This document shows, piece by piece, positions 12,529 to 27,008 of a DNA stretch of 64,000 nt. The stretch comes from Octopus vulgaris (Eukaryota). The stretch lies in the NCBI GenBank assembly GCA_951406725.2, contig OX597814.1, positions 202,368,001 to 202,432,000 on the forward strand, given 5' to 3'. The notes under the pieces were generated by a model. That model was not told where the DNA came from, did no database searches, and worked only from the letters and a program-made list of their open reading frames with translations. The position numbers were made by a program, and so were the translations under genes. How positions within the stretch are numbered: position 1 is the first letter of the stretch; each line of letters begins with the position of its first letter.

Positions 12529-12982
12529 TGTATGTATGTATGTATGTATGTATGTCTACGCGGGTTTCTTTCACTTTCCATCTACCAAATCTACTCACAA
12601 ATCTTTGGTCGACCCGATGGTAACCAGAGAAGAGAGAAAAGTATCTAAAAATCCCGAATGAACAAACAGAATCTACGAATCTAATGTCAAAATATGTGGG
12701 AACGGAAAATCAGAAAAATGTCCATGAATATTTTGTAACAAAGTGACGATTAAATAAACCAAACAGATGCCGGTTACTTACTGCTTTTAAATCTCTTATC
12801 ACAACCAGGAGCACATGAAACATGACTTAACAGACGACATTATTAACCGAATTCGGAGGAGGACAATTTTCAGGAATCCTATTAATGTGCTCAAGAATAA
12901 CTTACGTGAATTTCTCGACATTGCAAAACATGAAGGAGAAAAAGAAATATATATATGTGTGTATATATTTATATATATATAT

Positions 12983-13039
<57 letters not shown>

Positions 13040-13109
13040 ATATTTTCATTATGTCTCTTTTTATTTTATTTTGCCGTTTAAGTTTGAATCACTTGTTTCT
13101 GTATCTGAT

Positions 13110-13540
13110 CTGTGTGTGTGTGTGTGTATGTATGTGTATGTATGTGAGTGTGTGTGTGTGTCTTTCTCTTTTCCTCTCTTTCTCTGTCTTTGTCTGTCTG
13201 TCCCCTCTCTCTCTCTCTCTCGCTGTCTCTCTTTCTTTTTCTCTCTCCGTCTCTGACTGTCTGTCTCTTTTTTTCAGTGTCACTCTCCCACTCACTCACT
13301 CACTCACTCACTCACTCACTCACTCACTCACTCACTCACTCTCTCTCTCTCTCTCTCTCTCTCCCTCTCACTTCTCTGTATGTTTATCTGCCTGTCTGTT
13401 CCTTTCTCTTTCGCAGCCACTCTCCTCCACTCTCTCTCTCCCACTCTCTCTCCCCCTCTCTCTCTCTGTCTCTTTCTCTCTCTTCTCCTCCTCTCTCTCT
13501 CTCTCCCTCAGTCTCTCACCATCTCCCCCTCTCTCTCTCA
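13110..13540. repeat. (TG)n then long (CT)n/(CACT)n polypyrimidine tract
   Basis: Read directly from sequence. Confidence 0.95.
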
Positions 13541-13684
13541 TCCACGGGAAGAATCAGTGACTATCAATAATCTAAAGACAATTGATATTGCGTGTTTTTC
13601 TCTTAATGCCAAATGATGAAGATTAAATGCTGAAGACAAAACAAAATTAACATTTGCGACTGGAACTTCAGAATCAATTGCTAT

Positions 13685-13745
13685 ATCATCATCATTGTCA
13701 TCATCATCATCGTCATCGTCGTCATCATCATCATTGTCATCACCG

Positions 13746-13791
<46 letters not shown>

Positions 13792-13850
13792 TGTCATCAG
13801 TGTCATCAGTGTCATCATCATCACCGTCATCATCTTTCTCATCATCAGCA
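13685..13850. repeat. (CAT)n microsatellite
   Basis: Read directly from sequence. Confidence 0.95.
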
Positions 13851-14199
13851 GCATCGTCCCCATTGTCACCACCGTATCATTTTTCCCCCTCTCTCTCTCT
13901 CTCTCTCTTTTCGTTGTCATCTTTATAACATCGACACAGCCACATCTCTAGAATAGTTTTGTGCAAGCTCGGAGAAGAGGCGGGCGACGAGAAATTTTAT
14001 TTTGAATTACTTATCTCGAATCTTTCTATCTTAACTTTTCCAGACAGACATCAAATATCGATTGCGTGGGGGATTTTTCTTTTGATTTCTGATTTCTGAA
14101 GCCGTGCTATTTTTCCCCAGTTATTTCTAAGTTTATCCTGTTAGTCTTCATGTAAAAATGGGGACAGCAACAATTGAGCAGGGAACTTTTTTTTTTTCA

Positions 14200-14630
14200 C
14201 ATTTCATCAACTTTATCGTTAAATGATTACAAACCAGAGGAACACAAGAGAACACATCAATCGTAGAAGGTAGCTTTTCATTGAAGTTGTGTAGGTTATC
14301 AATAATACAAATACTCTCGATCTTCTTTCCAAATTCTAATGCCAGTAAATGGTATTTATATCCAAGGAAATTCGATAGACGTTTTGAATTGAGCTGTAAG
14401 TGATTGACCAGAAATATAATTGACTTCTGTCAGGGTTATACTCTCTGGAGTTTCGGAATGTTGGTTGTATGGTCGTGGAGAAGAAGTGCCGGCTTTCTAA
14501 TATATTTCGCTTTGATTATTTGTCTTTAATTGTTGGTCGGCTTTGATTAGTCGACAATAGTCTGTGATTCATGAGTGATTTTCTTTGAAGGTTAAAGCTT
14601 GGTCTTACTGCGATATTTCTGATCAATTTT
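14200..14630 (-). pseudogene. Possible highly decayed Penelope-like RT fragment
   Basis: Only weak motif traces (IPKL ~ LPKIHK; IDVFSCVPL ~ FDV.SLFT.VP), with many stops. Confidence 0.3.
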
Positions 14631-15347
14631 CTTTATCAATTTTCTTTTCTGGATTTCGTCATACAACTATTTTCAATTTATCATACAATAAATTTTAGAA
14701 ATTCATACTATAAGAATATGCTATTACAGTTATTGTCGTTGTTGTTGTTACTGCTGCTGCTGCAGTTGTTTTTGTTGTTGTTTTTGTTCTCGTTGTTTGT
14801 GTTTTTGTTTTTGTTGTTTATGTTTTTGCTTTTGTTGTTGATGTTTTAGCTGTTTGCCCCATGTGAGATCTAACCGAGAAGATCTATGACCAAAGATATT
14901 CAAAACCAAATGCTGCAACAAAGGCTCTCAGTACTCTGAAAGCAAAGGCAAATGTGTCAAGCCCACTTTAATTAACAGCCATGATAAGCAATAAGACAAA
15001 TTAGCCTTTAAACACCTGTGCTTACAGAGCGACTTCCCGCACCTCGTCTCCGCGCCAATGCTTGACTTAGATTCCCGCCAAATCTACATCATCTTTTCAG
15101 GAATTTCTGTCTATTACAACATTATCTAATACAGTTCTATATTTAAGAGATGAGGAATTATGTACATTATTTTCATTATTTGCATTATTTACATTCGACA
15201 GATATTTGTCCTCATCTTGTTTGTTGTCAACACAGCGTTTTGGTTGATATACCCTCCAGCCCTCAACAGGTGTCTTGGGGAAACTTCGAACCTGGGTACT
15301 CATTCCTAAGGTTTTTTTCGATGTTGTTACTATTATTATTATTATTA

Positions 15348-15692
15348 TTCTATGTTTGACTTTTGCTTTATGTCTGTACAGGTTGGCTCCAAGTCTCACC
15401 CAGAGACCTCAAGTGACAACAGGTTGGAAGTTCTGTGCCATATATTTGTTGGTTTTTTGGGGGGTTTTTTTGGTGTTGTACTAGTGAATGTCTAATACAT
15501 TAAAAAAATTAAAAATTAAAAAAATTTAAAAAAAATTTTTTTTTAATTTTTTAAAAAATGTTGTTTCAAACCTTGGGATTACATAGAGAGTATTTTGCGT
15601 AGGATATGAGCAGTTCCCATGAGCACTATCTTTTGAATTTCTACCATTTTGGGGTTTCCTTTCAGTCCCTTTCACTATCATTCCCAAGGCAC

Positions 15693-15694
<2 letters not shown>
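15348..15694 (-). mobile_element. R4/Dong-like family 2 tail (internally deleted)
   Basis: Homologous to 46414-46910; flanked by (TAA)n. Confidence 0.85.
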
Positions 15695-16285
<591 letters not shown>

Positions 16286-16290
16286 TATTA

Positions 16291-16348
<58 letters not shown>

Positions 16349-16350
<2 letters not shown>

Positions 16351-16719
16351 TATGTTTGACTTTTGCTTTATATTTGTACAAGTTGGCTCCAAGTCTCACC
16401 CAGAGACCTCAAGAGACAACAGGTTGGAAGTTCACGTTGTTGTTATGCCTAGTTTTTTTTTTTTGGTGTTGTAATAGTGAATATCTAATACATAAATTAA
16501 AAAAAAAAAGTTTGTTTTAAACCTTGGGATTACATAGAGAGTATTTTGTGTAGGATATGAGCAGTTCCCATGAGCACTATCTTTTGAATTTCTGCCATTT
16601 TGGGGTTTCCTGGTATCTGAGTTAGGTAGCAATCAGCCCCTTTCGCTATCATTCCCAGGGCACCAATAACAACAGGTATTGTTTTAGTCTTCAGGTTCCA
16701 CATTTTGCTGATTTTGCTG

Positions 16720-16720
<1 letters not shown>
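16349..16720 (-). mobile_element. R4/Dong-like family 2 tail (near-identical to 15786-16155)
   Basis: Same sequence and same 5' breakpoint ttttgctgattttgctga. Confidence 0.88.
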
Positions 16721-16810
<90 letters not shown>

Positions 16811-16911
16811 CTACTGCCTGGAATCGAACTCGTAATTTTGGGGTTAGTAGCTCGCGCATTTAACCACTACGCCACATGCCCACGCTCTTAACCTTTACGC
16901 AATATGCCCAC

Positions 16912-17234
<323 letters not shown>

Positions 17235-17792
17235 AACATTATCTAATGTTTTAATCTTTTCTTCCTTATTTAAACGATAAGACTTAATTCGAGGGTGGTT
17301 TGGCTGCAGTTTTTACTAGGCCAAGCAACCACGCAGAGGTTTCTTTACTAGCTAGTGTTGCAGTCGTCATCGTCGTTTTTGTTATCATGTTGCTGATGTT
17401 GTGGCTGTTGTTGTTCTGTGAATTAATACTCGGCGTCGAGTTGGGAACTTTCCCTGAATGCTACCCCGCAGCAAATGGACGTTTAAATAAAACACGCACA
17501 CTATGTATGTGCTACCGTTAATTCATTTCTTATCTTTTTTTTAAATATTTCTCTACAACCGGTGTTGCTGTGGTTGTTATTGTTAAGGAACAAGACGGGT
17601 AAGGGTGATTAGGTGATGGTCTAGGGCTTAGGAGCGGGAGACCCCAGACCTTGGACAAAAAGAACTTTGGTCATCTTGTTGTAGTCGAGGGTTCTTCGTT
17701 GACGCCCGACACCACTGGGAGGTGGCCTTCGAAGTCGCTGCAAATGGAGATCTCCAGGTCCAAATTCTTGAACAGCTGCTGTTACAGTTGCT

Positions 17793-18150
17793 GGTGGTGG
17801 TGGTGGTGGTGGTGGTGGTGGTGGTGGTGGTGATCGTGGTGGTGATCGTGGTGGTGGTGGTGGTGGTGGTGGTGGTGGTGGTGGTGGTGGTGGTGGTGGT
17901 GGTGGTGGTGGTGGTGGTGGTGGTGGTGGTGGTGGTGGTGATCGTAGTGGTGGTGGTGGTGGTGGTGGTGGTGGTGGTGGTGGTGGAGGTGGTGGTGGTG
18001 GTGGAGGTGGTGGTGGTGGTGGTGGTGGTGGTGGTGGTGGTGATCGTGGTGGTGGTGGTGGTGGTGGAGGTGGTGGTGATCGTGGTGGTGGTGGTGGTGG
18101 TGGTGGTGGTGGTGGTGGTGGTGGTGGTGGTGATCGTGGTTGTGGTGGTG
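17793..18150. repeat. (GGT)n microsatellite with recurring GATCGT interruptions
   Basis: Read directly from sequence. Confidence 0.95.
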
Positions 18151-18499
18151 CTGGGGCTGGTGCTGGTGCTACTACTGCTACTTCTGGTGGTGGTGGTGTT
18201 CTTATAGTGTTGTTACTATTTCTGCTGTGTATAATACATCGCTTTTATTTTTAAATGCTTCTCTGCGATTTTAAAGCAACAATGCTACGCAAATATGGTT
18301 AAGTTCCTGGGTTTACATTTCTAGTGCCATTCATTGAAGATAAAATCTAAAAGAATTAGATTCCGTCCAGCTGCGAAAGGAGAAACTAAACTTCAGTTAA
18401 AGGTCAATAGTTGATTCCGATTAGACCAAACGGCTTCTTCAAATATATTTCAAATTCTGTTTACTGATGAGAAAGTACTCAGAATAGTTACAACCTGAC

Positions 18500-18882
<383 letters not shown>

Positions 18883-18988
18883 TTATTGGTAGAGACAACA
18901 TAAATTTTAAGATCTACAAAAGCTTACGGGGAAAGAGATTCCTAGTGCATCTTTGAGGAATGTAGTTCAGTTGCTGCTACTTGAAGAG

Positions 18989-19052
<64 letters not shown>

Positions 19053-19250
19053 TATTCTGGATGTGGTAGCAGTGTGCAGCAAATCCCATAGAAATCCAAA
19101 GACCCTAATATATTATATATTCGCTTCCACTTAACATATTACGCAATCATTATAACAAACGATTTCTCACGATTACCAACAACGTTCTACACAAACCACC
19201 TCAATGATATGACATTAACTGTTTATTCACAGACGCACACACACACACAT

Positions 19251-19305
<55 letters not shown>

Positions 19306-19323
19306 TATACATATATATATATA

Positions 19324-19546
19324 TTTCTTTACTACCCACAAGGGGCTAAACACACAGGGGACAAACAAGGACAGACAATTAAGTCAATTACATCAACCCC
19401 AGTGCGTAAGTGGTCCTTAATTTATCGACCCCGAAAGGATGAAAGGCAAAGTCTACCTCGGTGGAATTTGAACTCAGAACATAACGGCAGACGAAATACG
19501 GCTACGCATTTCGCCCAGCGTGCTAACGTTTCTGCCAGCTCGCCAT
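19324..19546 (-). mobile_element. SINE family B monomer
   Basis: Reverse complement of the B consensus. Confidence 0.9.
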
Positions 19547-19550
19547 CTTC

Positions 19551-19615
<65 letters not shown>

Positions 19616-19626
19616 CACACACATAT

Positions 19627-19885
19627 AGAAGCCCGTCGTATATATGTATATATATGTATGTGTATGTGTGTGTATATGTTTGTGTGTCTGTGTTTGTCCC
19701 CCCTCCCCAACATCGCTTGACAACCGATGCTGGGGTGTTTACGTCCCCGTAACTGAGCGGTTCGGCAAAAAAGACCGATAGAATAAGTACTAGGCTTCCA
19801 AAGAATAAGTCCTGGGGTCGATTTGCTAGACTAAAAGCGATGCTCCAGCATGACCGCAGTCAAATGAGTGAAACAAGTAAAAGAG
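19627..19885 (+). mobile_element. SINE family A, 5'-truncated
   Basis: gaagcccgtcgtata...gacaaccgatgctgg...gaaacaagtaaaagag. Confidence 0.9.
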
Positions 19886-20806
19886 CGAGAGAGAGAGAGA
19901 GAGAGAGAGAGGGGAGGGAGAGAGAGAGTATGCTGCTACATGTGAAACTCACTGTATACGCTCATTATATCATTAAGCAATATCATCACGTGGCAAAAAG
20001 ATGGTCTTTGATGCTTGGTAAGGATATCACAGTGCTTCGTCATTTGACTACATTTAACACGAGATGAGAGTCACCATCTGCTATTAAGTATAGTAAAATG
20101 ATTCACTATCACCACCACCATCATCATCCTCATCATCATCATCATCATCACCATCATTTAACGTCCATTTTCCAAGCTGGCATAGGTTGGACGGTTTGAC
20201 AGGATTAGCTTGACATCCAACAATAGTCATATCTTTTAGGCTGTCTAGTGAACCTATACTGAATCCTGAGAAATCCATATTAGCTGTAGACATTATTGGC
20301 AGGATTTGAAATAACATCTGATAGTGACAGACCTTGTAAAATCACTGTCAAGCTATTTTAAATAGATAGACAGACCTAAAGCAGACTTGGAGCAGAGAGA
20401 GAGAGAGAGTAAGAGAGAGAGAAAGAGAGACCATGTCATGGATGATGTTATTTGAAACAATAAGTTTTAGCGGATGCAGACGTTCTGGACAAAGCACGAC
20501 TTTTCTGGGATGTGGTGACATTGTTATTATTAGCGGGCCATAAACAAGCCTGAAAATATTTGGTAACAAGTCTCTGGAGGACACCACAAGTTCATGGCAA
20601 CGAAGTCTTAAAGAAGAGCCATTACGATATATCTTCTGAAATGATCCAATATATCAGAAGACAAGAGCTGTGTTGCTGAAATATTTCCCAAGAACCAACA
20701 CTATCGAAATAGGCCAATATGAAAAGCATCATTCCAGTCCTTAAACATAAACTTTCAGAACCTTTGCAAGACTATCTAAACTGTTAACATGACTTCTAAG
20801 TGATCA

Positions 20807-21104
20807 ACGCAGGAGTGGCTGTGTGGTAAGTAGCTTGCTAACCAACCACATGGTTCCGGGTTCAGTCCCACTGCGTGACATCTTGGGCAAGTGTCTTCTG
20901 CTATAGCCCCGGGCCGACCAATGCCTTGTGAGTGGATTTGGTAGACGGAAACTGAAAGAATGCTGGTGTGTTTACGTCCCCGTCACTTAGCGGTCCGGCA
21001 AAAGATACCGATAGAATAAGAATTTGCTCGACTAAAGGCGGTGCTCCAGCATGGCCGCAGTCAAATGACTGAAACAAGTAAAAGAGTAAAAGAGTAAAAG
21101 AGTA
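20807..21104 (+). mobile_element. SINE family A lacking the internal microsatellite
   Basis: Head joined directly to the 3' half at gaaagaa|tgctggtgtg; (GTAAAAGA)n tail. Confidence 0.9.
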
Positions 21105-21149
21105 ACGGCATCATATTCTTAGAGATCACACGGGGATTCTCCCATCTTT

Positions 21150-21625
21150 CTCGTAAGCAATTCTAGACGCTCAGCGTGCTGACCATCAAGATATAAACAC
21201 GAATAACTCTAAGAGCAAAGGTATTTGAATTCTGGCCGGGAATAACTTCTACTCTAAACGCTACTCTTGATGGTCGCAACCATTTATCATCGTACGGCAC
21301 CATCTCAGTCAAATGCTCTTTCAACACCATTAATTCCATCGGTTTATTCAATTCAGTTCACTACTACAAAGGCACCAACTTTCTCGTTATTATAGACTGT
21401 TATTCAAGCTAACTTTTTATCGACAGACTATTTAATGGTGCAGATTAATCTACAAATAGCTCCCGAGACATATCTCATTCTTTCGGCATCCTGAGTGAAT
21501 TACCTTCAGGTGAGTGCCTTCAGTTAATTGCCACTGGTCTACGCTGGGGGAATTTTGAAGAACCGGAGTTTTCGCAGAGCGTTATCGTCATTCCTTCTCC
21601 TTGATTCAGCGAATGATCAAGCAAA
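21150..21625 (+). pseudogene. Decayed Ty3/Gypsy integrase fragment
   Basis: Frameshifted reading in the expected order: HQDI, RAKVFEFWPGIT, APSQ, YKGTNFLVIIDCYS, FGILSELPSGECLQL (cf. H.G...FWPG; G..YLV.VD.YS; FG.P....SD.G.QF). Confidence 0.7.
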
Positions 21626-21690
21626 ACAATCGATTAGCTAAATGGTTAACTAGTTGAGTAATAATCATAATAATAATAATAATAATAATC

Positions 21691-21760
<70 letters not shown>

Positions 21761-21879
21761 TAATAATGATACTAATAATAATAATACCAACAACAACAAC
21801 AACAACAATAATAATAATAATAATAATAATTAACTAAGTGGCTCATGACTTATTATTATTATTTTGTGAGCTACTTAGC

Positions 21880-21943
<64 letters not shown>

Positions 21944-21945
<2 letters not shown>

Positions 21946-22249
21946 GTTTGACTTTTGCTTTGTATTTATACAAGTTGGCTCCAAGTCTCGACCGGAGACC
22001 TCAAGAGACAACAAGTTAGAAATTCAAGTTGGTGTTATTCCCAGGGTGTCATATATTTGGTCATGCACATAATATTGGTCATGAGAATGTTTAAGAAAAC
22101 ATAAGAAAATTATGAGTTTGTTTTAAAATTTGAGATTACATAGGCAGTATATTACGTAGGATATGGGCAGTTCCCATGAGCACTATCTTTTGAATTTCTG
22201 CCATTTTGGGGTTTCCTGGCACCTGAGCTAGGTAGCAATCCGCCCCTTT
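21944..22249 (-). mobile_element. R4/Dong-like family 2 variant tail
   Basis: Homologous to 15786-16155; (TTA)n on both sides. Confidence 0.85.
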
Positions 22250-22265
22250 TATTATTATTATTATT

Positions 22266-22440
22266 GTTGTTGAGAAGTACATGGAACAAATAGGATGGAG
22301 CACTTGCAAAAAACAGTACTGCTTGGAACCGCTCGAATACTCCGGATGGTGCTCGAAAAATAAGGGGTGTTACCTTAGTTCACTGGTAGTGAACAGCTGG
22401 CATCATAGTACATCTCCAGCGTTAGAAGCTGTGCAAAGAC
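22266..22440 (+). mobile_element. R4/Dong-like family 3 tail
   Basis: MEHLQKTVLLGTARILRMVLEK*, distinct 3'UTR, then (CAA)n(TAA)n. Confidence 0.75.
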
Positions 22441-22462
22441 AACAACAACAACAACAACAATG

Positions 22463-22537
<75 letters not shown>

Positions 22538-22703
22538 TAACATCCATCCATGAATTTATTTATTTATTAATTTTTAAATACATATTTTATCTGTGAATTT
22601 GTGCGTGTAATCTGGGAATGCATACAATGCCCTTCTCTGCCCTAGGTGTATGGAAAACACTCGGCGAGAAACGGAAGAAAATTTGAAGAAAGAATGAAAA
22701 AAC

Positions 22704-22757
<54 letters not shown>

Positions 22758-22761
<4 letters not shown>

Positions 22762-23355
22762 GAAATATATTCACAGACACGACAGAGTTGGGATCTACAT
22801 ACACTGGAAGCTATGCCAACACTATGGAATAACAATAGAAAAAAGATGGTATAAGTACACACCAGAAAAGGTCACAGAAAACGAGAAAGCAACCATACTC
22901 TGGGATATGCCAATACACACAGATAGAGAAATTAAGGTCAATAGGCCAGATACAGTTGTCAGAGATCATGAAGGAAAAAAATGCTTTCTAATTGATGTGT
23001 CAATACCAGCAGATGACAACGTTTCTCTAAAAGAAATGGAGAAACTTTCAAAATACAAAGACCTAGAAATAGAGGTTATTCTAATGTGGAATCTAAAAAC
23101 AGAAACAATTCCTATCATAGTAGGCGCATTAGGCATGATAAAAAATATATTCAGACAAACACATAACAAAAACACCAGCACTTACAAATATATACAACAT
23201 ACAGAAAATTGCACTACTAGGCACTGCACACACCCTACGCAAAACACTTTCAATACAGTAAACATCAGAGCATCACAACAAACCACAACACATATCCAAG
23301 GCACACAGAGCTGCGCTCGGTAGTGAAGAGAAAGCATGTTATAAAAATAAGACTA

Positions 23356-23359
<4 letters not shown>
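22758..23359 (+). mobile_element. R4/Dong-like family 1 tail carrying the RLE domain
   Basis: YIHRHD...ILWDMPIHTDREIKVNRPD...LIDVSIP...EKLSKYKDL = RHD / RPD-D / K..KY restriction-like endonuclease motifs; frameshift near 23146; (TAA)n on both sides. Confidence 0.9.
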
Positions 23360-23426
<67 letters not shown>

Positions 23427-23428
<2 letters not shown>

Positions 23429-23871
23429 TTCTGCTCAATACCACAGATTTGCTTGTCAGTTGTTTGACCTTAACCAGTTGAGCATGTCCCTTAGTGGCTG
23501 ACGATATGTGCATCTCTGATCACGAGCAGAAGTAGTGGGGGAGCATCATAGCCATGTGTTGAGAGGGATTCTTTGGGGTTTGAATAGTTCACCTCTGGAA
23601 ACATGGGTTGTTCTTTCAACATCCTTAAACAACCCTTATTCAGAGACCGTTTGAGCGGGATGGGCTACTCAACCTGAAGAAAATTCTAACTGGGCCCCAC
23701 CTGCAAGGTCATGTGCTGTTTACCTTGATATGAGATCACCATGTCGCGCACATATGGTTGTGATGCATGTGCTTGGTGTACCCTTATCAGGCGGGTAGTC
23801 ATGATGGGTATACTGGGCTTCGTATATTTTACCCCAGTGTCACTTTGATGGCATGCACTGCTCTCTCACTC
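23427..23871 (+). mobile_element. Element E, 5'-truncated
   Basis: Fixed 3' end gcactgctctctcactc(AAT)n; (TAA)n upstream. Confidence 0.85.
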
Positions 23872-23907
<36 letters not shown>

Positions 23908-24774
23908 CGAAGTGAAATATAACCAGTATGTGTGTTTATTATTGGTACAATCACCCTCCCAAGAGACAACAAAATGTGCTTCAACACACGTTTTAACATC
24001 AAGAATCTTTCAAAACTAATACAAAAATGAAAATGTGAAATGTCTTCAAAAAAAAAAAAATTTCTGGAAGCAGCCAAGAAGTGGAAAAAAAAATTAAATC
24101 ACAACAATCTGGGTTGATTACATCAGTCAAACAATCAGATCACACAGCAGGCTTCTGTCCAGTATGCCACTCTCATAGATTACTGTATATCATGAAAGAA
24201 ATATCATTTTATTAATGTTTATCTCCAAGAGTCTCATAAACTGGCGGGACGTAGAGAATATTCTAGTTATATACTATTAACGTTATATGTTGGAAAAGAC
24301 TTATTTATGTTGTTTTTATCCATATATTGTGTTTATTTAATAAGAGTGGACAACTTGTTTGATAAGAAAGCCAAAAATTTATTTTTTTTAACGTTCAAGA
24401 ACCACAACATTTGTTTTTCTTTTTTAAATTAGATTTATAAATAAATAGGCACAGGCGTAGCTGTGTGGTAAGAAGGTTGATTCCCAGCCACGTGGTTTCG
24501 GGTTCTGTCCCACTGCATGATACCTCGGGCAAGTGATTTCTATTCCAGCCTCGGGCAGACCAAGGCCTTGTGAGTGGATTTGGTAAACGGAAACTGAAAG
24601 AGACCTGTAGCGGTTGCTAGATAGCTAAATGGTCAAGTCAATAAACATCTCTAAAAGACCTTTGCATTTTCAAACCTTCTTTCTTATATATTTTCACTCG
24701 TGCGATACCTTACAACTTTACATTGTTATATATATATATATATGCGTGTGTGTGTGTGTGTGTGTATACACATA

Positions 24775-25683
24775 CACTGGGTGATTGAAGAGTAACTCCC
24801 TATTTTAAGATGCTTATAATTTATTTATTAACTACAATTTTTAGAAAAGAAATGAATATATGAAGAAAGCGTATAGCATGGAGTTTTATTTAAAATTTGA
24901 TATAGGCACCATCATTCACCACCAGCCTCTCAAGCCACCCGGGAGCTGCATCGACTGATTTCAGCAGGAATTCTTGTGCGATGGAAGACATAACTTCTCG
25001 TATTCGTTGTTCAAGTTCTTCCAAAGTTGTTGGTTTGGTAGAGTAGTCTTGCTAATTTAGCCAACCCCACCCACAAAAAATAGTCGCAGGGTGTTAAATA
25101 AGGGCTGCTGGCCGGCCAATCATGCGGACATCGACGACCCTTTTCATCTCTCAGGGAAGTGAGCATTCAGCCATTCATGAACAACAATAGCAAAATCTGG
25201 AAGAGCGCCATCTTGCATAAAATGTCAAATCTTTAATATTCTTCCAAGAACTGATAACTGGTCAGATTTCATTTTGTAGCATGGTGAGGTACCTTTCAGC
25301 ATTCATGGTATTGTAAAGGATGAAAGGACCCACAATCCTGTCCAAAGTCATTCCACACCATACCGTTACCTTGGACCGATTCGCCATTTTATCAGAGGTA
25401 ATACGAGGATCTTCTCCTGCCCAGTGGCGGCAGTTGTGATGGTTCACAAACCCACCGATGAGGAATACTGCTTCTTTACTCCAGAGGATATTTTCAAAGA
25501 GACCAGACCATGTTTGTAGGGTTTCTGAAGTTCAAACAAAATAATCGATCTGAAAAAAAACAAAAAAACATAGAATCAGTTCCCATACATTAAAGAACAA
25601 ACACAACAAATTTGAGAACAAAATAATGGTTAATAAATATATTATAAGAAATTTAAAATAGAGATTTACTTCTCAATGACAAA
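24775..25683 (-). mobile_element. Tc1/mariner-superfamily transposon relic (internally deleted)
   Basis: NHHNCRHW...KVTVWCG...IVGPF...YLTML, FMQDGALP, WPASSPYLTPCDYFLW; imperfect ~50-bp TIRs (gattgaagagtaactccctattttaa / tttaaaatagagatttacttctcaatg). Confidence 0.85.
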
Positions 25684-25707
25684 TATATATGTGTGTGTGT
25701 GTGTGTG

Positions 25708-25813
25708 TAGTTGAAATTTATGGAAAAACAAAAGACGAAGACAGGTGTATGAACAACAAGCAAGTGTATTAGTTTGACGCTCGGGAAAATGAAAAAGTCA
25801 TTTACGTTTCGAG
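25708..25813 (-). mobile_element. Penelope pseudo-LTR-like fragment with half a hammerhead
   Basis: Reverse complement of 48255-48368, including gctcGAAACGTaaa. Confidence 0.55.
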
Positions 25814-25828
25814 CCTATATGCACGCAA

Positions 25829-25862
<34 letters not shown>

Positions 25863-25864
<2 letters not shown>

Positions 25865-26085
25865 TTCTTTATTGCCCACAAAGGGCTAAACATAGAGAGG
25901 ACAAACAAGGACAGACAAAGAGATTAAGTCGATTACATCGACTCCAGTGCGAAACTGGTACTTTTATTTATCGACCCCGAAAGGATGAAAGGCAAAGTCG
26001 ACCTCGGCGGAATTTGAACTCAGAACATAACGGCAGACGAAATACCGCTAAGCATTCCGCCCGGCGCGCTAACGTGTCTGCCACA
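25863..26085 (-). mobile_element. SINE family B
   Basis: Reverse complement of the B consensus. Confidence 0.9.
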
Positions 26086-26104
26086 TCATCACCGGCATCA
26101 TCGG

Positions 26105-26170
<66 letters not shown>

Positions 26171-26479
26171 TGCCACCATCATTGGTGCTTGCATATCTCA
26201 GGTGAAATTTGTTGAGGCAGCTTTTCTATGGCTGGATACTCTTCGTGTCACCAGCATTTAATTGTTTCCAAGGAAGTTAATGTTTCCCCATGACCAGACA
26301 TATTTTCATGGAAGACAGAAAAATCAATCACACTGCTAGTACGTTAGTGATTCGATTTTACGGCTACAGCCTGGTGTCAAAGGAAGGCGACACAGACACA
26401 AGCGAACGTACATTTACACACACATCTACAAACACTTTATTGAATAAATTTACTCTTTACTATTTCAAGATATTTTTAT

Positions 26480-26724
26480 GTAACTTTACTCTCTTACCCT
26501 CTTACTCTTTTGCTCTTTTACTTGCTTCAGTAATTTGACTGCGGCCATGCTGGAGCACCGCCTTTAGTCGAGCAAATCGACCCCAGGACTTATACTTTGT
26601 AAGCCTAGTACTTATTCTATCGGTCTCCTTTGCCGAACCGCTAAGTTACGGGGACGTAAACACACCAGCATCGGTTGTCAAGCGATGTTGGGGGGGACAA
26701 ACACAGACACACAAACATATACAT

Positions 26725-26755
<31 letters not shown>

Positions 26756-26761
26756 TACATA

Positions 26762-26798
<37 letters not shown>

Positions 26799-26802
26799 CA
26801 TA

Positions 26803-26867
<65 letters not shown>

Positions 26868-27008
26868 TACGACGGGATTCTTTCAGTTTCCGTCTACCAA
26901 ATCCACTCACAAGGCTTTGGTCGGCCCGAGACTATAGTAGAAGACACTTGCCCAAGGTGCCACGCAATGACTGAAGCCGGAACCATGTGGTTGGTAAGCA
27001 AGCTACTT
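26480..27008 (-). mobile_element. SINE family A
   Basis: Near full-length with internal (CA)/(TA) microsatellite. Confidence 0.9.

Larger units (their letters stand above)
11510..12620 (-). mobile_element. SINE family A copy split by LINE insertions in its internal microsatellite
   Basis: 3' half at 11510-11730; upstream part (ttctttcactttccatctaccaaatctactcacaa) resumes at 12557-12620. Confidence 0.7.

Noticed and set aside
12776-12830. Minus-strand mini-exon HVSCAPGCDKRFKS followed by gtaagt
   Set aside because: In-frame stop just upstream, poor acceptor, wrong Cys spacing, and no partner exons.
15030-15085. TTCCCGC/CCAAT promoter-like motifs
   Set aside because: Short motifs with no associated gene or transcript evidence.
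18464-18490. CTGATGAG...CTC hammerhead-like motif
   Set aside because: GAAA is missing (AGAAT) and there is no stem III.
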